A stretch of 64,000 nt of DNA, taken from contig CAVUSO010000001.1 in NCBI GenBank assembly GCA_963744145.1, positions 6,368,001 to 6,432,000 of the forward strand, written 5' to 3'. Each line of letters begins with the position of its first letter. The first letter of the stretch is position 1. This document shows, piece after piece, positions 32,130 through 41,097 of this stretch. Made by a program: the position numbers and the translations under genes. The DNA comes from an uncultured cyanobacterium (GTDB lineage: Bacteria; Cyanobacteriota; Cyanobacteriia; Cyanobacteriales; CAWUOF01). Under the pieces are notes generated by a model. The model made no database searches, was not told the origin of the DNA, and saw nothing but the letters and a program-made list of their open reading frames with translations.

Positions 32130-33311
32130 CAGAAATGTTGAATCTTGATACAAAACTTTACATATGTTGACATACGGATGCAAAAATGACAAATTTTTCA
32201 ACAAAGCATCACCTCCTCAAACCAATGGACATAGCTAATTTTTTGACACATACATGCTTGAAGATAGCGAATTTTATCTAATAATTTTTCTCCCCATTCT
32301 GGCGGAATAGATATTAGTTGTAAAATTAGATATGCGATTAAACTAGCATAAATTTGAATGGTAATTCCATTGACATTTTTCGTAATTAATTTATCTAGTT
32401 TTAGGTGCATTTTGAGAAATTTCCATAGCAATTCTATTGACCATCTTAATCGATAGATATCTAACAGCTCTTGCTCTGATATACCTTCTTCGCCTTCTCG
32501 AGGTAAATTAGTGATCAATCTAAATTCTGTTCGCGTTTCTAGATCACAAAAACTTACTACTCTATAAGCTTTAGCTTTTGGCGAAGCTCCCACTTTTATT
32601 AATTCACTGTCTGGACAATATTCTAATTTCCAATTGTTTTTTATTCTCATGACAAAATATTTATTGTTTTGGACTAAATCTTCGATAAATTCTAATCCAG
32701 CAAAACCTCTATCCATTACTCCTACTGCGTTTTCTGGTAAATCAGCTATCATGTCCTTGCCGAATTTATAATCATGATCTTGGCCAAAGTTTATCAGGCT
32801 ACTCTCACAATTTCCCTTACTTAAATTTAAAGAACTAAATAATTTTACTTGATGATATCCTTGTAAATATAAAAGTTTACTTGTTAAAGTAATTATTGTT
32901 GAATCAATGGGACATATTAAATATTTTGCACCAAATTTTTTGGGATTTTTTTGATTGACTAATTGCTTTAAGGTTTCAAAAATTTTTTGAAATGGTTTTT
33001 GACTTCGATGTTTATTTGCCTTAGAAAAAGTGGAAATATCTACCTCAAATCCTGTCAGATTTAAACGCTTAAATAAATCCCGCATACTGGTTAAACTTTT
33101 ATCTAACGTATAACCCAACCATAGCTCCACGAACAAGCGGCTATTTAGAACGGGATAATCAGTTTTAGATAGCCCCTTCAATAAATGCTTGACAATTTTA
33201 GGAAATGAATAGAAAATCATAATCAATTATGTTTTTTTAGATTTTACCACCTAAATTATCACATAATTTGGGTGGTTTTTCTCCCTTATTTTCTAACATT
33301 CAACATTTCTG
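32130..33311 (-). mobile_element. IS4-family insertion sequence
   Basis: Perfect 14-bp TIR CAGAAATGTTGAAT / ATTCAACATTTCTG; 9-bp TSD GGGTTAGAC at 32121-32129 and 33312-33320. Confidence 0.95.
32198..33226 (-). CDS. IS4-family DDE transposase
   Basis: IDST, VMDRGF, YRLRWSIELLWKFLK (YREK signature). Confidence 0.95.
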   Translation of the reverse strand: MIMIFYSFPKIVKHLLKGLSKTDYPVLNSRLFVELWLGYTLDKSLTSMRDLFKRLNLTGFEVDISTFSKANKHRSQKPFQKIFETLKQLVNQKNPKKFGAKYLICPIDSTIITLTSKLLYLQGYHQVKLFSSLNLSKGNCESSLINFGQDHDYKFGKDMIADLPENAVGVMDRGFAGLEFIEDLVQNNKYFVMRIKNNWKLEYCPDSELIKVGASPKAKAYRVVSFCDLETRTEFRLITNLPREGEEGISEQELLDIYRLRWSIELLWKFLKMHLKLDKLITKNVNGITIQIYASLIAYLILQLISIPPEWGEKLLDKIRYLQACMCQKISYVHWFEEVMLC

Positions 33312-33394
33312 GGGTTAGACATATTTGGTTTTCTCCTGGTTGGATGTTGTAGTTTTCTTATTTTCTATGCTAGAAAAACTTTAGCTAAATGTCT

Positions 33395-33410
33395 GTCGAT
33401 AAATATCGAT
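33395..33410. promoter_or_regulatory. Two 10-bp-phased RTCGAT boxes upstream of the helical gene
   Basis: TCGA at 33396 and 33406, about 75-85 nt upstream of the ATG at 33322. Confidence 0.45.
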
Positions 33411-33440
33411 TTTTGTTGTCGTTAGTGATTGAATGTGATT

Positions 33441-33895
33441 GAGCGCAGAAGAAGGGTGAAGCATTCGGATATAATACAGCGGATGACCTGTTGATGAAGT
33501 ACAGTAAGATTTGGCATGAATAGCGATCAGTTAAAGTCGCTGGTGAGTGATCTGTGTTGGTTGGGCAGGTTTATGATCGTGATCTGTTTGGAGCAGAATT
33601 GATTGGTGAACCTGCCCCTACAAATCCCGGTTGATTGTGATCATAAATTCATTCACCTGCCCCTACAAATCCTGTTAATCTTGTAATCCTCTAATCCTGA
33701 TCGATTTTTCGGTGAATCCCTGTAGGGGCGGGTTCACCGTTGAATTTGCCACATACAAATAACCTTAATGAACCCGCCAGGAAACCACAGATCACCTTGA
33801 TGAACTTCATAAACCTGGAATAAGCTGTATTACTGGTTTCAGCGCTCAATTGTCGCTAAACATGCTTCACCCCTACACTTAACTGAACCGTATTG
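33441..33895. repeat. Composite dispersed repeat (REP arms, shared ~150-bp core, one MITE TIR)
   Basis: Core GTTGATGAAGTACAGTAAGATTTGGCATGAAT...GTTGGTTGGGCAGGTTTATGA recurs at ~47470-47620, ~49005-49125 and ~58885-59000; CTTAACTGAACCGTATTG ends at 33895. Confidence 0.8.
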
Positions 33896-33922
33896 ATCTA
33901 AATTAACCGTCTCAGTTCTGGG

Positions 33923-35275
33923 TTAATTGAAAAGATTTCTTAACCTAGTGGTAGCATAATTGATCAAATTATTCACTTTTTCTTTAACCTCCTGTTGTTT
34001 CTGTTGATCGCGATACAAGTTTTGAGCAGCAGCATTTTGTTGTCGTTTGACAGCAGTGCGAATCGATCGAGGAATCCGATATTTACTGACCAGCTTTAAC
34101 AGTTCTTGCTTAGTATGCTTGATGATTTCATCCGCGATCGCTTCCATAACTTCCGGCATCTTATCACTGGTAGAAGCTTGTTCGATCGCTTTTTGATGTT
34201 GGTCTAGTTCAAGTTGTTTTTGACGGGATACTATTTCCCTGGTATTCTTAATGTCTTGTTCGGCATTTTCTATTAATTGATGTTCACGAAGTTCTAACAA
34301 AGCATCATAGGGGCTACGTTTGCTGAGTAATTTGACAAATAGTGGTGCTGTATCGACGACGATAAATAACCAGGAAATCGCATTACTTGCACTTTTAATC
34401 GCAGGATTTTTATGACATAATCGGTCTAAAATGTTGAGTTGAGTTATAATATCATCAGCGTTTTCTTGCGCTGTCTTCATGGTTTGAAGTTGTTGGTCTT
34501 TCTGGTTTTTCAGTTGGTTGATTCGTTCGTGATTTGTTTCTATTTTTGGTTGTGCTGTGGTTTTAAATGATGCTAATTCTTGTTCCTGTTGTTGACAAAG
34601 GGTTTCTTTTTGTTGATAGACTGGTCCAAGTCCGGGTTTACCTGTTCCACTGCTTCCTTCCGCTTCCGCGATCGCTTTACCACAGAGTTGATCGCGTGTT
34701 TTTTCTTTCTGGAGACGTTGTTCTTCTAATTTCTGGTTCTCTAGTTCTAATTGATGAATTTCTGGCATTCCCTGATCTAATTTTTTTTGAACTTCAATCG
34801 TCACTTCGATATTTTTTTGACCTATTTCCGCGAAAATTGGCTTTTCAAATAGCTTTAGTTCTAGTGGTTTTGCTACTACAACTGCAATTAAAAAAGCCAC
34901 AAAAACACGGATAGCTGCTGTAAGAAATTGTCCTAGAGTAGGTTTTTTTTCTTTGCGGGTGGAGATGATAATTGAGCGATCCATATTTAAGATGAACGCA
35001 CCCCAAAAAATTCCTAAACAACAAGAGATTGTTGGGTCTTTGAAAATTGTAGCGAAGGCGTAACCTCCTGATAAGATACCAGCACCTGTAGTTAATAAAA
35101 TTGATATTCCTATGGCTGTATGTTTCTTGCGATCGCTTTCTGTAGATTGTTCTAATAAATCGGGATCACTTCCAGCAATCAGCCAAAGTATTCTTTTCAT
35201 AAATTTTCCTCTTTTTTGAGAGTGATGGGAAAATGTGGGAATATTCCCTATGTTTAAAAGCCTAATGAATATCAA
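33923..35275 (-). CDS. DUF4407 membrane/coiled-coil protein (start more likely 35200)
   Basis: Three N-terminal TM helices with WG..ILNMDR and AKPLELKLF, coiled coil with AEAEGSSGTGKPGLGP, a further TM helix, then a helical tail. Confidence 0.8.
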   Translation of the reverse strand: MIFIRLLNIGNIPTFSHHSQKRGKFMKRILWLIAGSDPDLLEQSTESDRKKHTAIGISILLTTGAGILSGGYAFATIFKDPTISCCLGIFWGAFILNMDRSIIISTRKEKKPTLGQFLTAAIRVFVAFLIAVVVAKPLELKLFEKPIFAEIGQKNIEVTIEVQKKLDQGMPEIHQLELENQKLEEQRLQKEKTRDQLCGKAIAEAEGSSGTGKPGLGPVYQQKETLCQQQEQELASFKTTAQPKIETNHERINQLKNQKDQQLQTMKTAQENADDIITQLNILDRLCHKNPAIKSASNAISWLFIVVDTAPLFVKLLSKRSPYDALLELREHQLIENAEQDIKNTREIVSRQKQLELDQHQKAIEQASTSDKMPEVMEAIADEIIKHTKQELLKLVSKYRIPRSIRTAVKRQQNAAAQNLYRDQQKQQEVKEKVNNLINYATTRLRNLFN

Positions 35276-35296
35276 AGAAAGAGTCTATTTGGTTAT

Positions 35297-35338
35297 GTCG
35301 ATTTTTGGAGGTATCGACTTTTGTCGATTTTTATCGAT
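35297..35338. promoter_or_regulatory. Phased RTCGAY boxes in the divergent DUF4407 / HTH-DUF4384 intergenic region
   Basis: TCGA at 35298, 35314, 35324 and 35334; the last three are exactly 10 bp apart. Confidence 0.55.
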
Positions 35339-35506
35339 TGAGGGGAAACACTATAGACATTTCCAAAAAATTTGTTTAGTATGGCAATGACAAAATAATT
35401 CAGAGCAACTAGATATTGCTAAAACTAATACTATCTAGATTAGGTAAATTTTGTCAATTGGTTGAGAGTTAAGTTCAGATCACTTATCCAAAAAATTTGA
35501 AAGGAA

Positions 35507-36391
35507 TTGAAGAAAATGAAAACATTAATCTCCTATGATAACTATGAATACGATTTTATGGATGCGATGGTTAATCGTTTTAATTTGTCTGGGAAAAAAG
35601 AAATAGTTTTTCGCAGCCGTTTTGTTAAAGATAATGATGGTTGTCTTCATCAAAAATTAGCTGACCAAAACAGTAAATATTTAGCTGATGAATCCCCAAA
35701 TGCTGGTCAAATTTATCGACAAAACTTATCCTCGATTTCCGATAAGCTCGAAGAAATGGGATGTCCTCCCAGTACAGGAGCGGATCGTTGGAAAAATTGC
35801 CGTTTGTGGTTACGGGAGGAAATGTTTAAACAGTGGGCTAAAGAGCAGGGTTTGATCAAACCGTTAACAATTGAGGACTGTTGGAATGAATTAAAAGCAA
35901 AGGGTAAAAGTTCTCAATCGATAACAGGGAAAATAGAATCACAGTTGATCGTGGAAAAATGGGAACCACAATTATCAAAAATGGGAGCAAGACCAAATAT
36001 CAATCGTCAATCATTCCCACTGAATAGCGATTTGATTTATAAGGTGATTTCTCCCCAAGTTGGACATTTATTGCTATTTGAACAGGAACCTAATGGTACT
36101 ATAGTTTGTCTGTGTCCCTCAGAATTTGCCCCATCTACCTCCTATCTAGGGAAAGAAGTCCAGTTACCCCATATTGACTCTGAGTATATGACTTTTGGGT
36201 CTGATGAGATCGGGTCGGAACAATTGATTGCGGTGATTATTCCAGAGTTACCACCGTTTCAGTGGTTGGAAGATAGTCGTCAGGAAGCGTTGGAGTTGAA
36301 TCAAGAGCATTTAGCAGAAGTGTTAGACTATGTGAATAGTCAAACCAAGGTTGAAGTTTTATATACGGAATATTCGATCGCTGCATTTTAA
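35507..36391 (+). CDS. N-terminal LuxR/sigma4-like HTH fused to a C-terminal DUF4384-like beta domain
   Basis: LS..KE.VF..RF......LA.......IYRQNLSSISDKL resembles an HTH; GHLLLFEQEPNGTIVCLCPS...G.EQLIAV resembles DUF4384. Confidence 0.65.
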   Translation: MKKMKTLISYDNYEYDFMDAMVNRFNLSGKKEIVFRSRFVKDNDGCLHQKLADQNSKYLADESPNAGQIYRQNLSSISDKLEEMGCPPSTGADRWKNCRLWLREEMFKQWAKEQGLIKPLTIEDCWNELKAKGKSSQSITGKIESQLIVEKWEPQLSKMGARPNINRQSFPLNSDLIYKVISPQVGHLLLFEQEPNGTIVCLCPSEFAPSTSYLGKEVQLPHIDSEYMTFGSDEIGSEQLIAVIIPELPPFQWLEDSRQEALELNQEHLAEVLDYVNSQTKVEVLYTEYSIAAF

Positions 36392-36439
36392 GAGTAATTT
36401 TTTTATTAAAACAACTAGCTTTATTAGAGAAAAACTCTG

Positions 36440-39400
36440 ATGAAGCAGTTTTTAGATGATTTAAAAATAGTAATGGGAGAAGGAAAAATGAATTTTTTCA
36501 AGAAGTTGTTTAAATGTTTAAGTCAGCGTTTGAAATTTTTATTAATACTTAATCAACAAGTTAATCAGCTTTATAATCAAGGCAAATTTAATGAAGCGAT
36601 CGTTGTTGCTGAACAAGCATTAACGTTAGCTAAAACTCTTCATGCTAATGATCATCTTGATGTGGCTACCAGTCTGAATAACTTGGCATTACTCTACAAC
36701 TCCCAAGGAAGGTTAGAGGACGCAGAACCTCTCTACCTCCAAGCCTTAGACATGAGAAAACGCCTATTTCCCGGCGACCATCCTAATGTGGCTGCCAGTC
36801 TGAATAACTTGGTATCACTCTACAACTCCCAAGGAAGGTTAGAGGAGGCGGAACCTCTCTTGCTCCAAGCCTTAGACATGACAAAACGCCTATTTCCCGG
36901 CGACCATCCTGATGTGGCTATCAGTCTGAATAACTTGGTATCACTCTACAACTCCCAAGGAAGGTTGGGGGAGGCGGAACCTCTCTACCTCCAAGCCTTA
37001 GACATGAGAAAACGCCTATTTCCCGGCAATCATCCTGATGTGGCGAACAGTCTGAATAACTTGGCATCACTCTACCACACCCAAGGACGGTTGGGGGAGG
37101 CGGAACCTCTCTTTCTCCAAGCATTAGACATGAGAAAACGCCTATTTCCTGGCAACCAGCCTGATGTGGCGAACAGTCTGCATGAATTGGCATTGCTCTA
37201 CCACACTCAAGGACGGTTGGGGGAGGCGGAACCTCTCTTTCTCCAAGCTTTAGACATGACAAAACGCCTATTTCCCGGCGACCATTCTTATGTGGCAATA
37301 TGTCTAAATAGCTTGGGACATCTCTACCACACTCAAGGACGGTTGGGGGAGGCGGAACCTCTCTTTCTCCAAGCATTAGACATGAGAAAACGCCTATTTC
37401 CTGGCAACCAGCCTGATGTGGCGAACAGTCTGAATAGCTTGGCATCACTCTACCACACTCAAGGACGGTTGGGGGAGGCGGAACCTCTCTACTTCCAAGC
37501 TTTAGACATGACAAAACGCCTATTTCCCGGCGACCATAATGATGCAGCAAGATGTCTGAATAACTTGGCAATGCTCTACCAAGCCCAAGGACGGTTGAGG
37601 GAGGCGGAACCTCTCTATATCCAAGCCTTAGACATGACAAAACGTCTATTTCCCGGCGACCATTCCTCTGTGGCAATATGTCTAAATAACTTGGGATCAT
37701 TATTACTTGTTACAAACAAGCATCAAGAAGCATTTGAAAAAATGTATGAAAATATCGTAATGGAAACACGTTTAATTCAGCGAAATTTCGCTTTTAGTTC
37801 AGAAAAAGAACGACTAGAGTCAATAAAAAGTAAGAAATATGAATTTGATGCTTTCCTTTCCTTAGTATCTAAATATTTTTCTAACTCTTCTGAACAAGTT
37901 CAACAAACATTAGATGTAGTTCTCAAACGTAAATCTATTACTGCCGCAGCATTAGCACAATTGAATTTTGCGATTCATAGTCAACGTTATTCCCATCTCA
38001 AACCTAAGTTTAATCAACTTCGTTCTCTCCAAGAACAACTATTTTATCGTCAGAAAAACCTTCCTATTTACGATCCAGAAGCCCCCAAAGAAATTTATCA
38101 GATTCGGTTTGAACAGTATCAAAAAGACCTTGCCGAATTAAATCAACAATGTCAACAGTTGGAAAAGGAACTAAGCACCGAAATCCCAGAAATGAACCTC
38201 GAACATCAAACTATTGATCGTCGTGCTATTGCTTTAGAATTACCTGACAATAATGTCTTAGTTGAATATGTGCAATTTAAACGTTATGACTTTACCGCCC
38301 CCAAAGGTCAAGAATGGAAATCACCGGAATATTGGGCGTTTATTTTACCCCCTCAACATCCAGATCAAGTACAGATGATTTCTTTAGGAGCAGCCCAACC
38401 CATTGATGATTTAATTCACAAGGTACGACAAGTCTTAATCATGCCTGAAAATGATGGTTACTCAACCAGTGCTAGGAAAGGTAAAACAAAAGATGAAACC
38501 CTAAAAGTCTCCTTAAAGAAGTATGAATATCAACTCGAATCAGCCCATGATTTACGGAAAAAAATCTTCACCCCCCTGGTTCCTATATTGCAAAATTATC
38601 AAAACATTCTGATCGCACCCGATGGAGAATTAAGCCTAATTCCCTTTGGAGCTTTACCGACAGAACAACCAGATAAACTCCTCAGCGATCGCTATCAAAT
38701 CAGTTATCTCAGTAGTGGTCGTGATCTCTTAAGATGGAAAATAAAAACCGATCGCACCGCTTCAGAATCTTTCATAATTGCTAATCCTAATTTTGACTAT
38801 CCAGCCCCGCCAAAATTGCCCGAATCTGCACCTAAAACCCCGCTCCAAACAGAAGATATTCCTAACCCTAAACCTAAATTCAAAAATCTCTCTAGTGCCC
38901 CCGAATTTCCGCCCCTGCCAGAAACAGAAACTCTCGCCAAAAAATTAGCAACAAAATTAAATATACCCAACCTTTATCTCCAAGATCAAGCCCTAGAAAC
39001 ACTCTTTACAGCAACAACCAATCCCCGGATATTAGTAATCGCTACTCATGGAGATTATGAAGCCAAAGATGAGCAAACCTACCCGCAAGAAAACAGCTTC
39101 GATCGCTTGATAACTCCACCTAAAGACAATCCCATGATCCGGAGTTATTTAGCCCTAGCGGGAGCCAATACCTCGCGCCAAGGACAAACCTTACCCCCAG
39201 AAGCAGGTAAAGGAATATTATCAGCAGAGGATATCGCCGCGATCGATTTATGGGAAAACGAATTAACCATTTTAATTGCTTGTCAGACGGGATTAGGAGA
39301 GGTAGTAATCGGAGAGGGAGTATTTGGGTTACGTCGAGCCTTTGCGATCGCGGGATGTAAAGCATTAATAATGAGTTTATGGTCAGTACCGACCCTAGCT

Positions 39401-39658
39401 TCTCTCTTATTAATGGATGAATTTATCAACCAAATTCAACAGGGAGTAGGGAAACGAGCCGCTTTAGTGACAGCCCAAAATTATCTTCGTACTATTACCA
39501 TCGAAACCTTACAAACCTTGCCCACTGGTGATGATATTCTCAAGGAATTCATTGAGCAAAGGATCATCTCTGAGGAATATATAAAAAATAATCCAAATTA
39601 TCAATTGTTATCCCACCCTTATTTTTGGAGAGCCTGGATCTCTCAGGGAGAATTTTAA
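36440..39658 (+). CDS. TPR-CHAT caspase-like protease
   Basis: Eight 42-aa TPRs, helical linker, IAPDGELSLIPF, catalytic ATHG and IACQTG, SLWSV, HPYFW. Confidence 0.95.
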   Translation: MKQFLDDLKIVMGEGKMNFFKKLFKCLSQRLKFLLILNQQVNQLYNQGKFNEAIVVAEQALTLAKTLHANDHLDVATSLNNLALLYNSQGRLEDAEPLYLQALDMRKRLFPGDHPNVAASLNNLVSLYNSQGRLEEAEPLLLQALDMTKRLFPGDHPDVAISLNNLVSLYNSQGRLGEAEPLYLQALDMRKRLFPGNHPDVANSLNNLASLYHTQGRLGEAEPLFLQALDMRKRLFPGNQPDVANSLHELALLYHTQGRLGEAEPLFLQALDMTKRLFPGDHSYVAICLNSLGHLYHTQGRLGEAEPLFLQALDMRKRLFPGNQPDVANSLNSLASLYHTQGRLGEAEPLYFQALDMTKRLFPGDHNDAARCLNNLAMLYQAQGRLREAEPLYIQALDMTKRLFPGDHSSVAICLNNLGSLLLVTNKHQEAFEKMYENIVMETRLIQRNFAFSSEKERLESIKSKKYEFDAFLSLVSKYFSNSSEQVQQTLDVVLKRKSITAAALAQLNFAIHSQRYSHLKPKFNQLRSLQEQLFYRQKNLPIYDPEAPKEIYQIRFEQYQKDLAELNQQCQQLEKELSTEIPEMNLEHQTIDRRAIALELPDNNVLVEYVQFKRYDFTAPKGQEWKSPEYWAFILPPQHPDQVQMISLGAAQPIDDLIHKVRQVLIMPENDGYSTSARKGKTKDETLKVSLKKYEYQLESAHDLRKKIFTPLVPILQNYQNILIAPDGELSLIPFGALPTEQPDKLLSDRYQISYLSSGRDLLRWKIKTDRTASESFIIANPNFDYPAPPKLPESAPKTPLQTEDIPNPKPKFKNLSSAPEFPPLPETETLAKKLATKLNIPNLYLQDQALETLFTATTNPRILVIATHGDYEAKDEQTYPQENSFDRLITPPKDNPMIRSYLALAGANTSRQGQTLPPEAGKGILSAEDIAAIDLWENELTILIACQTGLGEVVIGEGVFGLRRAFAIAGCKALIMSLWSVPTLASLLLMDEFINQIQQGVGKRAALVTAQNYLRTITIETLQTLPTGDDILKEFIEQRIISEEYIKNNPNYQLLSHPYFWRAWISQGEF
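36659..37699 (+). repeat. Eight full and one partial 126-bp near-identical TPR-coding repeats
   Basis: The unit GAACCTCTC...CAAGCCTTAGACATGA.AAAACGCCTATTTCCCGGC recurs every 126 bp. Confidence 0.95.
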
Positions 39659-39790
39659 TCAATAATATTTTACATCAATAAGAGCAAATAACAAAATATG
39701 AAATTAAATCAAATCACCAGCAACTCTAATGAATGAAAATTAAATAACATGATAATCGCTATGTAGTTTCGCTCTTGGCGATTAATTTAT

Positions 39791-39854
39791 GGACGGGCAA
39801 GATGCCCGTCCCACAAGGGCTATTTTTTTGGTGGGACAGGCATCTTGCCTGTCC
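39791..39854. repeat. Inverted pair of REP-like palindromes
   Basis: GGACGGGCAAGATGCCCGTCCCAC ... GTGGGACAGGCATCTTGCCTGTCC between convergent genes. Confidence 0.75.
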
Positions 39855-39886
39855 TATTTATTTTTGCAAGGGGTCTAATCAAACGC

Positions 39887-40747
39887 TCAAATTAAATCGG
39901 GATCTATTCCTTGCGATCGCAAATAAGCTGCTAATCGCTCTTTCTGTTGCTGTTCTCGATCAGCTCGTAATGTTTCAGCCTCAGCTCGTAATGTTTCAGC
40001 CTCAGCTCGTAATGTTTCAGCCTCAGCTCGTTGACGTTCCTGTTCAGCATGGAGACGTTCAAGTTTAGCTTGTTCACTACCGGTTAGCAACAAATTGCCT
40101 TGACTATCCCACCAACGTAACCAGTGAGTAGTCTGATTTTGATAGCTACCTTCCCACACTCCTAATTCGATTCCCATTAGGTCAATTGGGTAATGTCCCC
40201 GCTCATTTGGTTGCAAACGGTGATAACGAGTATTCACCCAGTTATAAACTTCCAATTCCCTGGTTTTGATGATGTATATGGCATAGTAAGGAATCCGAAT
40301 AATCTGCTCATATACCCAAAACTTCCCAGGTTTTTGATTGCTCCGTTCGGGTAAACGAGATAGGGGAGTATTGTCTCGTTCTTCGGCACCATTTCCACTG
40401 GCTAATTCGATCGCGATTAAGGGCACACTATATTCGCGCCATAATACATAGGAACGGCGAACTTGACCATCTAATAGGGGTGGAACGTTAGGAACATAGA
40501 ACCAATCCGGTGCTTCCGCTCCCCGTTCCGGAGGATCTGTTTCTCTCCAATAAATCCCACTATCTTGTCCGATCGCATATTGACCATCTGGATGGAGATT
40601 TTGCAGTGTAGTTTCCAGAGAGTCGGTTAGCAAGATACACTGGGGATGTTCTTGAAAGTTTTTCACGAAAGTGCCGTCAGATTCAGGTAGTTGAGTATGA
40701 TCGGGAAAAGGAGGGGGTAATATAGTGGGGTCAAGACTTATGCCCAT
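39887..40747 (-). CDS. Uma2-family endonuclease copy 4
   Basis: Nearly identical to copy 1; tail has three AEAETLR heptads. Confidence 0.9.
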   Translation of the reverse strand: MGISLDPTILPPPFPDHTQLPESDGTFVKNFQEHPQCILLTDSLETTLQNLHPDGQYAIGQDSGIYWRETDPPERGAEAPDWFYVPNVPPLLDGQVRRSYVLWREYSVPLIAIELASGNGAEERDNTPLSRLPERSNQKPGKFWVYEQIIRIPYYAIYIIKTRELEVYNWVNTRYHRLQPNERGHYPIDLMGIELGVWEGSYQNQTTHWLRWWDSQGNLLLTGSEQAKLERLHAEQERQRAEAETLRAEAETLRAEAETLRADREQQQKERLAAYLRSQGIDPDLI

Positions 40748-40870
40748 AGTTCTTAGCTATCCACGACAGGAATGACTAGATGCTTGATTTAAGTATAGCA
40801 ATTTGAGATTGAGCAGTTTGCTCAGATTTAATATCTATAATATATATCTATAACTCAAAATCTACAGTCT

Positions 40871-40986
40871 ATGGAATATCCTGAAGAAAACCTGCCAAAA
40901 GATTTATATGGGCTATCTCAGCATTTTGCTGATCGAACTCCTTTAATAGAATATAAAATTCAGGGATGTGGTGTTCACTGGCTTTG
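40871..40986 (+). pseudogene. Truncated duplicate of the 5' end of the 30452-31534 gene
   Basis: Matches 30452-30570 with small indels; homology stops abruptly at 40986. Confidence 0.85.
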
Positions 40987-41097
40987 ACTATCCTATCCCC
41001 AGTTAATCCTAATTTAGGTTTCCTTGAACAAAATTAATCAGTTTTAACTATAATGGAAACGAATTCATATCGAAAATAATCGGAGAAAAATATTATT

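Larger units (their letters stand above)
31577..33322 (-). pseudogene. Helical/coiled-coil protein (~184 aa) interrupted near codon 4 by an IS4 element
   Basis: Native AGGAG RBS and ATG TCT AAC CC at 33322-33312; the body SNPNSYQINSL... resumes at 32129 after the TSD. Confidence 0.85.

Noticed and set aside
36659..37699. Possible CRISPR array or DGR template/variable repeats
   Set aside because: Units are contiguous in-frame coding repeats without unique spacers; no cas or reverse transcriptase gene; differences are not adenine-specific.
36921..37700. 259-aa repetitive antisense ORF
   Set aside because: Shadow of the TPR repeats on the opposite strand.
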